Shown here one piece after another: positions 49,717 to 57,552 of a stretch of 64,000 bases of DNA. This DNA comes from Patescibacteria group bacterium. GTDB taxonomy: Bacteria > Patescibacteriota > Patescibacteriia > UBA11705 > DATKZF01. The stretch spans positions 67,349 through 131,348 of the forward strand of contig JBMORT010000009.1 of NCBI GenBank assembly GCA_049319825.1, read 5' to 3'. Made by a program: the position numbers and the translations under genes. Numbering within the stretch: position 1 is the stretch's first letter; each line of letters opens with the position of its first letter. Under the pieces are notes generated by a model. It was not told the DNA's origin and did no database searches. It was given only the letters and a program-made list of their open reading frames with translations.

Positions 49717-50886
49717 ATGCTAATATTTAAAGATATGAGGGAATATTCGCTAAATTTACCTCGGCAGTCGCGAGTTTTATGTTTGGGAGCGGAATCTGCC
49801 GGAAATTTTACCGTATATGAGAATGGTCAAGCTTATTTTTTTTCTGATTTTGGTGATTTGCTCGATGATAAAAATTTCAATGCATATCAAGAGGCATTGT
49901 TTGGATTTTTTGGAAAAAGAAATTTTGTGCCAGATGTTATTACTGTAGATTTGCACCCTGATTTTAAAACGTCAAAATTAGGCATGGAATTGGCTCAAAA
50001 ATTTGGTTGCAGACTTGAAAAAGTGCAGCACCATGCGGCGCATATCTATTCGGTGTTGTTTGACCATATTCGGGCTTCTCAAACTCAAACTCTGCCTCGA
50101 AATTTTGTTGGAATTGCAGGCGATGGTACAGGGTATGGTCTTGATGGGAAAATCTGGGGTGGAGAAGTGTTTTTATATAGGCAGGAGGCAATAGGTCAGC
50201 CTTCGCCTCATGGGCTTCGGCTGACAGGCAGTAGGCCAGAGGTGCGGATAGGACATTTGGAGAATCAATTGCTTTGTGGGGGAGATTTGGCCATTAAAGA
50301 ACCGGCCCGAATGCTTCTTTCCATACTTTTAGGTATAAAAAAGCCGGCAGAGCTCTGGCCCTTTTTTAGCGCATTTTATGCTGAACAACAGTTTAATGTT
50401 CTTGCAAAAATGCGTGAACAAAAATTTAATTCAGTCGAAACTTCGAGCACAGGCAGGGTACTTGATGCGGCTTCACTGCTGCTCGGATTTTGCGGCAATA
50501 AAAGAGCGTATAAACATGAGCCCATTGATTTATTGGAGAAAAATTCGACAGAACCATTCATTTTGAAACCTCAAATAGAAAAGCAAGATGAATACGTATT
50601 GAACACAACATGGCTGTTTCAATGGATGTTGGATAACTTGGATAAAGATAAGGGCAGATTGGCTGCTACAGTTCAGAAATATATTATTGAGGGTTTAATT
50701 GAAATTGCCGGAAAAGTGAATCCTGATTTGCCGATTTATTTTGGCGGCGGAATGGCTAATAATAAAATAATGAGCCAAATTGCCGAAGAAAATGGGGTAA
50801 TTATGGCTAAAAATATTGAAAGAGGGGATAATTCATTGAGTTTGGGGCAATTGATGTATTGCTTATGGTGTGACAAGCTTTCTTAG
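49717..50886 (+). CDS. stand-alone HypF C-terminal (Kae1/TsaD-like carbamoyltransferase) domain protein
   Basis: VLCLGAESAGNF (start of HypF Kae1-like domain), VQHHAAHI, GIAGDGTGYGLDGKIWGGEVF; lacks acylphosphatase, Zn-finger and YrdC domains. Confidence 0.65.
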   Translation: MLIFKDMREYSLNLPRQSRVLCLGAESAGNFTVYENGQAYFFSDFGDLLDDKNFNAYQEALFGFFGKRNFVPDVITVDLHPDFKTSKLGMELAQKFGCRLEKVQHHAAHIYSVLFDHIRASQTQTLPRNFVGIAGDGTGYGLDGKIWGGEVFLYRQEAIGQPSPHGLRLTGSRPEVRIGHLENQLLCGGDLAIKEPARMLLSILLGIKKPAELWPFFSAFYAEQQFNVLAKMREQKFNSVETSSTGRVLDAASLLLGFCGNKRAYKHEPIDLLEKNSTEPFILKPQIEKQDEYVLNTTWLFQWMLDNLDKDKGRLAATVQKYIIEGLIEIAGKVNPDLPIYFGGGMANNKIMSQIAEENGVIMAKNIERGDNSLSLGQLMYCLWCDKLS

Positions 50887-50999
50887 CACCGCGTCGAGCG
50901 CTACTCCGGTTTGTGGAGATAGTTACCAAAACCTCGGTAAAATCGCGCTATATGCGATTTTTTTATTATAAAAGCCGAAGAGCGATCTTCGGCTATGGA

Positions 51000-51480
51000 A
51001 GTGAGAGACACGCGGGTCCGCGTTTCAAACATCCCGATCTTCGTCTCCCAAACTTGATTCAAAGGATGCGGCGGACAACGACCGGATCATTAAAGACAGC
51101 ATTTTCATCGTCCGCCGCCAGGGGTGAGGGAAAACACGCTGGCAATCGTTTGCGACACCTCGTACTTCGTTTCCCCTCTTCACGGTTTACGATCGCGGAT
51201 CGTGTAGGAACACAAAATTTTGTGTTCCTACATGCCCGGCAAAGCCGGGCCAAACCGTGAAGAGGGGCCGAAGCGAGGTGCGCTTCGGCCGGAGGCAGAC
51301 AAAGGGTCGTACGTTAAATACAACTCCCCGTCCGTCTGCCTAAAGGAATTGGGAGACACATGAACACGCGTCGTCAAACAACCCACCCCTCGTCTCCCAA
51401 ACTTCATTCAAAGGATGCGGCGGACATCTACATCTTCGTGTTGAAACAGATCAAGATTCGTCCGCCGCCTCATTTTTATA
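51000..51480. repeat. GC-rich palindrome-dense element with two direct motif-plus-hairpin copies (possible IS200/IS605-derived non-autonomous element or structured ncRNA)
   Basis: tcgtctcccaaactt[g/c]attcaaaggatgcggcggaca at about 51040 and 51396, each followed by a GCGGCGGAC...GTCCGCCGC hairpin; central 15-bp stem (cccctcttcacggttt/aaaccgtgaagagggg) encloses three perfect hairpins. Confidence 0.4.
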
Positions 51481-51547
51481 TCATAAAATAAAAAACATGT
51501 CAAGGCGGCATGCTCTTTGTATATTTAATTTTAGCGAAAATTTCGAT

Positions 51548-52273
51548 TTATTTATGCTTTTTTCCTAAAAATTTCTTTATTAAGCCATCAATACACTCAT
51601 TTTTTTTCCATTCTTTAGCCATGGCTTGATATAATTTCTCACAGCCCGCGTACGGCTTGATATTATTTTTGGCTTTAAAAATCGCTTTATACGGCTGCCA
51701 GTTTTCGATTACTGTATTAAAAGTCTCAGCCACTTGCCATAAATATTTTGGACTTTTGCCTTTGAATTTATCGCGCTCTTTAATGCCGTAATTTTTTTCA
51801 ATAAAATCGTAGAAAATAAAATGCAGCATTTCATGGCCCACTGTTGACAGCGGATCAAATTTTTTTCGCGAATAGGGGAAATAAAATATTTTGTCCTTAA
51901 TATCTCGCGGGAACATATTGAAAATCGAGGCATAGCCTATATATTTGCCTTTGGGCCAAGGGTGATTTCCAAATATTTTATTCACCAAATTAAAAAATTT
52001 ATTTTCTATTTTTCCCCAGCGCTGCTTGGTCTGCTCGACTCCACGCGCAATGGCTTGCGCATTTGCCTGATAAAAATTTTTGGCGTATTTTGAAATTATA
52101 AGATGTTTTTCTTTTAATGAAAATTTCTTGTCATTTATAAATAAAATTTCCTTGGGCAAAAACAAATCAACAAATTCACCGTTTTTAATGAACCATTTGG
52201 CGTTTTCAATGTCAGACCGAGCGCTTATTTGAAATTTTATTTTGGGTTTGGCTGATTTTTTCATATTAAACAA
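51548..52273 (-). CDS. hypothetical protein with HExxH motif (putative zincin-like)
   Basis: STVGHEMLHFIF; no other family signal. Confidence 0.5.
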   Translation of the reverse strand: MFNMKKSAKPKIKFQISARSDIENAKWFIKNGEFVDLFLPKEILFINDKKFSLKEKHLIISKYAKNFYQANAQAIARGVEQTKQRWGKIENKFFNLVNKIFGNHPWPKGKYIGYASIFNMFPRDIKDKIFYFPYSRKKFDPLSTVGHEMLHFIFYDFIEKNYGIKERDKFKGKSPKYLWQVAETFNTVIENWQPYKAIFKAKNNIKPYAGCEKLYQAMAKEWKKNECIDGLIKKFLGKKHK

Positions 52274-52363
52274 AGTTCTATACTACGGATTGCTCCAAAT
52301 ACTACGACATGCTGAATATAAATTTGTTTTCGTAGTATTCGTAGATTTTTTGTAGATTCGTAG

Positions 52364-52579
52364 TTAACAAATCCTCGGAATCAATTTGCCTTTCGGCTCC
52401 TCAATCCTTCTTTCCGAACCAAGCATTGTCTTCAAAAAGACACCTTCGCCTTCAACGCATTTTCCAATAACTTTGGCTTCAGGATTAAATTCTTGAAGTT
52501 TTTTTAACGCTTCATCAGTGTTTTCCGGACTGACCGCGGCGATAATGATTGCTAAAATGACGATGATTGGGATTAACAA
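52364..52579 (-). pseudogene. duplicated 3' fragment of hypE
   Basis: encodes ...AVSPENTDEALKKLQEFNPEAKVIGKC..GEGVFLKTMLGSERRIEEPKGKLIPRIC, near-identical to the C-terminus of hypE at 54219-55187. Confidence 0.6.
52371..52545. repeat. ~175-bp direct repeat, copy 1 (hypE 3' end)
   Basis: near-identical to 54226-54400 apart from a 9-nt divergent patch. Confidence 0.8.
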
Positions 52580-52595
52580 TTTGTTTTTCTTAGTA

Positions 52596-53303
52596 TTATT
52601 TAATTATATAGATGACATGTCGCATACTTATAATGCATTTGTTGCCGCCGCATTTGGTTGTCAGATCATTAATTATTTTTTGTTTATTTTCTTGATAGAA
52701 TTTTCTTTGTCCTGGGTGCTGAAAAAAGAATTTCAAAATTTCATACATTTCCAGCTCGTCTTTGGCGAAAATTTGCGAAATAAATTTCTTTTCTTTGTGA
52801 TTAAATTTGTTTCTTGATAAATAATCAAACATTTCAGGATACCCGCTGTATTTTTTTACTTTGGTATTGAAATTAAAAAACGGATTATCATGCTTATTTT
52901 TTGAATATTCATCAATGATAACTATCATTCCGTCGGGATTGAGAAAAGATTTCGCTTTTTTAAAAAATGAATCCCATTTTTCATAAGGAATTTCCCATAA
53001 AACATATGCGGCTAAAATAATATCGAATTTTTCCTTAGCTTCAAATTTCAGAAAGTCATTTTTGATGAATTTTACTTTTGAATTCTTTTTAATTTCATCC
53101 TTTAATCTGTCTTCGATGTCAAGCAAGAGGATTCTTTTGAAATTAGAAATTATTGGCTGAATTATTTCTCCGGTACCGCAACCAATGTCCAAAATAGAAT
53201 CAAATTTTTGATTATTAAATAACCTTATTAGTTCGGATTTTATCATTTCTTTCTCGTTCGTGTGGGCAAGAAATTGGTTAAATAGGTCAGTATAATTTCG
53301 CAT
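52596..53303 (-). CDS. class I SAM-dependent methyltransferase
   Basis: ILDIGCGTGEI motif I. Confidence 0.75.
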   Translation of the reverse strand: MRNYTDLFNQFLAHTNEKEMIKSELIRLFNNQKFDSILDIGCGTGEIIQPIISNFKRILLLDIEDRLKDEIKKNSKVKFIKNDFLKFEAKEKFDIILAAYVLWEIPYEKWDSFFKKAKSFLNPDGMIVIIDEYSKNKHDNPFFNFNTKVKKYSGYPEMFDYLSRNKFNHKEKKFISQIFAKDELEMYEILKFFFQHPGQRKFYQENKQKIINDLTTKCGGNKCIISMRHVIYIIK

Positions 53304-53347
53304 AAAATTTCTAGCAAATACTAGGAATCAATTTTCCCTTCGGCTCT

Positions 53348-54178
53348 TTACTGTGTCGGTTGAGAAACGCGCTCAGGAATTTTACTTGTATATGCTGACG
53401 GCTCTTTATTAATGCATTGTTCTTTCATTGACTCACCGGCTGTGTCCGGCTCGTCAACCATGTCATCACAAAGCCATCTGGATGTCTTGCCTGTTTGTTT
53501 ATCATACATGGCATTCCAAATACATACATTTCTTTCTCTCTCCCAGCCATCGCCGTAATCAGCGCTGTTGATTTTAAGGCATGAAGTCTGGTTCTTAGTC
53601 CTTAAGACAATATCGCTGATGCAAAATTTAACCGATCTTGAATACTTTGAATGATCAGATTCGTCAGTTTGTATTTGGTAGCATTTCGTGACATCTAAAT
53701 TTGCCAACGCTTCGCATTTTATGTTTAAACTATTATATGGAATTTTGGCGCAGAAATTTGTGTCGGAATAAACTTCTGCCATATAGGTGCTACAATATGT
53801 CCCATCAATATCCGAAATTTTATATAAAGATTCGCATGCCACTTTGTCATTTGTGTTTTGATAGTACTTGATCAAGCAATCCGTCCTGGGATATATATTT
53901 GTAATGCTATCATCTTCCCATATGATTTTCGGGTGATACTCGCATTTTTCATCTTCGCAAAAATAATAGGTTGTTTCAATTGGTAATTCTTCGCAGATAC
54001 TTACGTCATGAGCCGCTATCGCTTGCGCGGCAGTTGAGTCCATTAAATTAGTAATTTCTTCACTGGAGTATTCAGGCCGAGTTTTTACGGAGTCTCTCAC
54101 ATTGGGCATGGGAGAAGAACAACTGGATAAAAAAAATGTGATTAAAATTAAAAATATTAATGTTGAAAAAAATTTCAT
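53348..54178 (-). CDS. Cys-rich secreted lipoprotein
   Basis: lipobox LSSC; about 18 Cys in the mature part. Confidence 0.6.
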   Translation of the reverse strand: MKFFSTLIFLILITFFLSSCSSPMPNVRDSVKTRPEYSSEEITNLMDSTAAQAIAAHDVSICEELPIETTYYFCEDEKCEYHPKIIWEDDSITNIYPRTDCLIKYYQNTNDKVACESLYKISDIDGTYCSTYMAEVYSDTNFCAKIPYNSLNIKCEALANLDVTKCYQIQTDESDHSKYSRSVKFCISDIVLRTKNQTSCLKINSADYGDGWERERNVCIWNAMYDKQTGKTSRWLCDDMVDEPDTAGESMKEQCINKEPSAYTSKIPERVSQPTQ

Positions 54179-54218
54179 AGGTTTTTTGATAATGATTTAT
54201 CTAAAAATTTCGACTCAA

Positions 54219-55187
54219 TCAACATATCCTCGGAATCAATTTGCCTTTCGGCTCCTCAATCCTTCTTTCCGAACCAAGCATTGTCTTCAAAAAGACACCT
54301 TCGCCCGGAGTGCATTTTCCAATAACTTTGGCTTCAGGATTAAATTCTTGAAGTTTTTTTAACGCTTCATCAGTGTTTTCCGGACTGACCGCGGCGATAA
54401 ATCGGCCTTCGGACGGTAGGGTAAATAAATCAATTCCCAAAAGCTCGGTTAAGGCGACGACTTCTTTTTTATAAGGCAACGTTTCTTCATCCAAAATAAT
54501 TTTCACTTTTGATTTGTCGGCGATTTCATTCATGTTCGCGGCCACGCCTCCGCGCGTGGGATCCTTGGCCGCGTTCAGCAGGTGCCCGACTGCCTGGAAT
54601 TCTGCCAGAAGCGGCTGGCAGTCGCTTTTTAAATCAGTTTGATAATCAAAGCGATAGGCGAGAAGCGTTAAACCATGTTCGCCCAAATCTCCTGATGTAA
54701 TGATATTATCGCCGACTTTGGCGCCGCCATTGTCTATAACTTTTTCAACCAATCCGATGCCGGCCGTGGTTATTTCTATTTTATCAAGTTTGCCTTTTTC
54801 CGTCACTTTGGTGTCGCCGGTAACGATAGGAATATTGGTGTGTTTTGAAACTTTATCAATTGATTCTGCGATTTTGAAAAGGTCTTTTTTGGCAAAGCCT
54901 TCTTCAATGACAATGCTTAAAGACAGGCCAAGCGGCTTGGCGCCCATGACGACTAAATCATTGATCGTGCCGCAAGTGGCGATTTTCCCAATATCGCCGC
55001 CCGGAAAAAATATCGGATCAACTATAAAAGCATCAGTGGTGAAAACGAGCTTTTGATTTCCCAGATCATAAATCGCGCCATCATCTTCTGTGTTGGTCCA
55101 ATTTGATTTGAGATTAATTATTTGGCGAAGCTGGCGGATAAGTTCGTTATTTTTGAATCCGCCGCCGCCGTGGTCGAGTTCGATCAT
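54219..55187 (-). CDS. hypE: hydrogenase maturation protein HypE (carbamoyl dehydratase)
   Basis: AIR-synthase-like fold; N-terminal MIELDHGGGG; C-terminal ...KGKLIPRIC with the terminal Cys. Confidence 0.9.
   Translation of the reverse strand: MIELDHGGGGFKNNELIRQLRQIINLKSNWTNTEDDGAIYDLGNQKLVFTTDAFIVDPIFFPGGDIGKIATCGTINDLVVMGAKPLGLSLSIVIEEGFAKKDLFKIAESIDKVSKHTNIPIVTGDTKVTEKGKLDKIEITTAGIGLVEKVIDNGGAKVGDNIITSGDLGEHGLTLLAYRFDYQTDLKSDCQPLLAEFQAVGHLLNAAKDPTRGGVAANMNEIADKSKVKIILDEETLPYKKEVVALTELLGIDLFTLPSEGRFIAAVSPENTDEALKKLQEFNPEAKVIGKCTPGEGVFLKTMLGSERRIEEPKGKLIPRIC
54226..54400. repeat. ~175-bp direct repeat, copy 2 (authentic hypE 3' end)
   Basis: see copy 1. Confidence 0.8.
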
Positions 55188-55198
55188 ATGAATGATTT

Positions 55199-56275
55199 CT
55201 ACCCCACTTCAGTGGGCATTTTTTTGAAGCCGACTGGAAGTCGGGCAGAATTGCGATATTTATATTCTATTTGGCAATTCCCCTCGACCGACACCATACA
55301 CGCGCCTTGAGGATTTTCCGGCGAGCAGGCCTGGGCAAAAAGGGGACAATCCTGCGGTTTTTTTAGACCTTGTAGAATTTGGCCGCAGATGCAGCCGCTT
55401 GGTTTTAACTTGATTTCTTGTTTGATTTTAGCAATTAAATCGGAATAAGTAAACTCCGCATCCTGATTTTGGAATTCAGCCTTTATTTTTAGACCGGAAG
55501 ACGGGATCAATCCCAAACCACGCCATTTGGCATCCGCGGATTCAAACACTTCATTGATAATTTTTTTCGCTTCGATATTACCTTCGGGTTTAACGACTCT
55601 TGTATATTGATTTTTAACTTGATTTTCATGGTTTAAAATCATTTCGAGCAGCCACTCGATTGAAATCAAAACATCTTCCGGCTCGAATCCGGAAATAACT
55701 TGCGGAATCTCGAACTGCTCATAAGGTTTTGATCCAATTATGGCTGATACATGGCCGGGATTGATAAAGCCATCGATTTGAATATCAGGATTTGATAGCA
55801 AAGCAGCCATGGCCGGAGGAAATAATTTATGAGCTGAATAAACCCTTAAACCCTGCTTGGCTGCCCACGCGGTCATCGGCGTAGTGGTTTCAAAACCGAT
55901 GCCAAAAAAGACTAAATCATTTATTTGTTCAGCCAATTTTAGTGCGTCCAGTGTTGAGTAGACAATCTCAATTTTCTTGCCTTGCTGCTTTAATTTTTCC
56001 AAGCTCGAATTGGTCCCCGGCAAGGATAAAGCATCGCCGTAAGCCGCGATCGGAACATCATTTTCCGCCAGACCGATTACAATGTCAATGTCAGCTTGAT
56101 CAGTGACGCAGATCGGACAGCCCGGCCCGGAAATCAGCTCGATGTTTGAGGGAAGCAAGCTTTTCAAATTATATTTCGCCACAGTCTGCGAATGCGTGCC
56201 GCAGAGTTCCATGAGTTTGACGGAGCGCGAGATTTGATTTGCCAGGGCTTTGATTGTTGTTAATATTTTTTTCAT
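55199..56275 (-). CDS. hypD: hydrogenase maturation protein HypD
   Basis: CGTH, GPGCPICV and C-terminal cysteine motifs. Confidence 0.9.
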   Translation of the reverse strand: MKKILTTIKALANQISRSVKLMELCGTHSQTVAKYNLKSLLPSNIELISGPGCPICVTDQADIDIVIGLAENDVPIAAYGDALSLPGTNSSLEKLKQQGKKIEIVYSTLDALKLAEQINDLVFFGIGFETTTPMTAWAAKQGLRVYSAHKLFPPAMAALLSNPDIQIDGFINPGHVSAIIGSKPYEQFEIPQVISGFEPEDVLISIEWLLEMILNHENQVKNQYTRVVKPEGNIEAKKIINEVFESADAKWRGLGLIPSSGLKIKAEFQNQDAEFTYSDLIAKIKQEIKLKPSGCICGQILQGLKKPQDCPLFAQACSPENPQGACMVSVEGNCQIEYKYRNSARLPVGFKKMPTEVG

Positions 56276-56775
56276 GCGTTAATTTGCGTTATACGAGTGT
56301 TATATGGCGTTATAAAGCGTTGATTTGTATTATTTGGTGGCATTTTTAAGTCTGTTTAATACAACGTTTATTAATCCATTTAAAATTGACTGGACCTTAT
56401 TTGCTTGAAACATGTAATCATCAAATGTATCTTTGTCAATATAACTGACTCTGTAACCAATATGCAGGTCATTTATAACTTCATTCAAACAACCTTTGGC
56501 GATTCCATAAAATCTTAAATTTTCTTTATAGAAATACCTGCCGAATCCTTCCGCAATGTTCGCGCCAACTCCACGCGCGCTTTCGCGCAGATGCTTTACC
56601 AAATTGTATTTTTCCGATTCGGGAAGGGTATTTGTCAATTTGTAAATCATTTCGCAAAAAACCATTGATTCTCTCCACGCATCCAGATCTTCTATATTTT
56701 GTATTTTCATAAAATTAATAACTCGTTCCAACGCAATATAACATTTAAATAACGCCAAATAACGTCAAATAACGC
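56276..56775. mobile_element. 4HB-gene cassette flanked by inverted arrays of GCGTTAT/ATAACGC heptamers, inserted between hypD and hypC
   Basis: left flank gcgttaatttGCGTTATacgagtGTTATatgGCGTTATaaaGCGTTgattt; right flank aATAACAtttaaATAACGCcaaATAACGtcaaATAACGC (reverse-complement orientation). Confidence 0.35.
56330..56710 (-). CDS. four-helix-bundle protein
   Basis: MKIQNIEDLDAWRES...LRESARGVGANIAEGFGR signature; the ORF-track N-terminal extension reads through the flank repeat. Confidence 0.7.
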   Translation of the reverse strand: MKIQNIEDLDAWRESMVFCEMIYKLTNTLPESEKYNLVKHLRESARGVGANIAEGFGRYFYKENLRFYGIAKGCLNEVINDLHIGYRVSYIDKDTFDDYMFQANKVQSILNGLINVVLNRLKNATK

Positions 56776-56985
56776 TTACATAGCATTCAACGCTTTTGTT
56801 ATTTCTTCAGCCTCATTTTTATCAATAATCTCAATCGCAAACCCCGCATGGACAATCACAAAATCACCGTTTTTTGGTTTTACTAGGCTGATATTCACCT
56901 TTTTTTTCAGGCCGTTAAAATCAACCAGCGCGGTTTGGCTGTTTTCTTCGATTGATTGGATTTTTCCGGGAATGGCTAAGCACAT
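56776..56985 (-). CDS. hypC: hydrogenase maturation chaperone HypC
   Basis: starts MCLAIPGKI (the MCLAIP HypC signature); 69 aa. Confidence 0.85.
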   Translation of the reverse strand: MCLAIPGKIQSIEENSQTALVDFNGLKKKVNISLVKPKNGDFVIVHAGFAIEIIDKNEAEEITKALNAM

Positions 56986-57172
56986 AGTAATTTAGAAGGC
57001 TTAAGGGGGTTGAGAGGCAAATGGGTAAAAAGCGGAAAGATAAAGTGGCATTTTCATTAACTGCCCTTCTTAGGCCTTTTTAGCTCTCTACCACGGGTTT
57101 GTTGATAAATATTCGTGTGTTTTTATTAAACATGCTAGAATTTTAACAGATATATTATTAACTTCAAATTTT

Positions 57173-57496
57173 ATGGATGGAGAACAAAAACCAATGTCAT
57201 CTCCGGAATCTCCCAAAATGCAGTTAAAAGTGGAGGTTCCATGGAGAGAAAAAATTTCTCGTTTATTCATTTTCAGAGGGTTGTGGGTCTTTGTCTTCGT
57301 TTGGGTGCTGTATGTGTGGATGATTTGGATCGGATTAATTAATTTTGTGCATTTTTGGTACATGTTAATATTGGGAAAAAGACAAGAGACTCTGTGGAAG
57401 AAAAATGTTCGATTTTTTAGAACGATAACCCAGTGGAATTCGTATCTGCAAAACTTAACTGATGAAAGACCAAAGTTTATCGGAGACAAAGTTTAA
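57173..57496 (+). CDS. hypothetical small membrane protein
   Basis: 2 TM helices; ORF only. Confidence 0.35.
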   Translation: MDGEQKPMSSPESPKMQLKVEVPWREKISRLFIFRGLWVFVFVWVLYVWMIWIGLINFVHFWYMLILGKRQETLWKKNVRFFRTITQWNSYLQNLTDERPKFIGDKV

Positions 57497-57552
57497 TTGC
57501 TTAATAAAAAAATCAGCGATTTTTTCCCCGCTGATTTTTGTTTATAAGAATT

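Noticed and set aside
50913-51260. 115-aa ORF across the GC-rich palindromic element
   Set aside because: The frame is open only because of GC richness. Its sequence is Arg/Ser/Gly-rich low-complexity, and it spans hairpins and repeats. It is treated as non-coding.
50887-51500. Considered RNase P RNA, tmRNA or SRP RNA for the structured GC-rich region
   Set aside because: The region lacks the universally conserved RNase P P4 strands (GGAAAGUCCGGGCU / ACAGAACCCGGCUUA). It has no tRNA-like acceptor end with a tag peptide frame for tmRNA, and no SRP domain IV motif. The region at 24484-24800 was likewise checked against the SRP motif without a convincing match.
56711-56758. N-terminal extension (ALFKCYIALERVINF) of the 4HB ORF from a TTG start
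   Set aside because: The canonical 4HB N-terminus starts at MKIQNIEDL. The extension is a read-through of the ATAACGC flank repeat.
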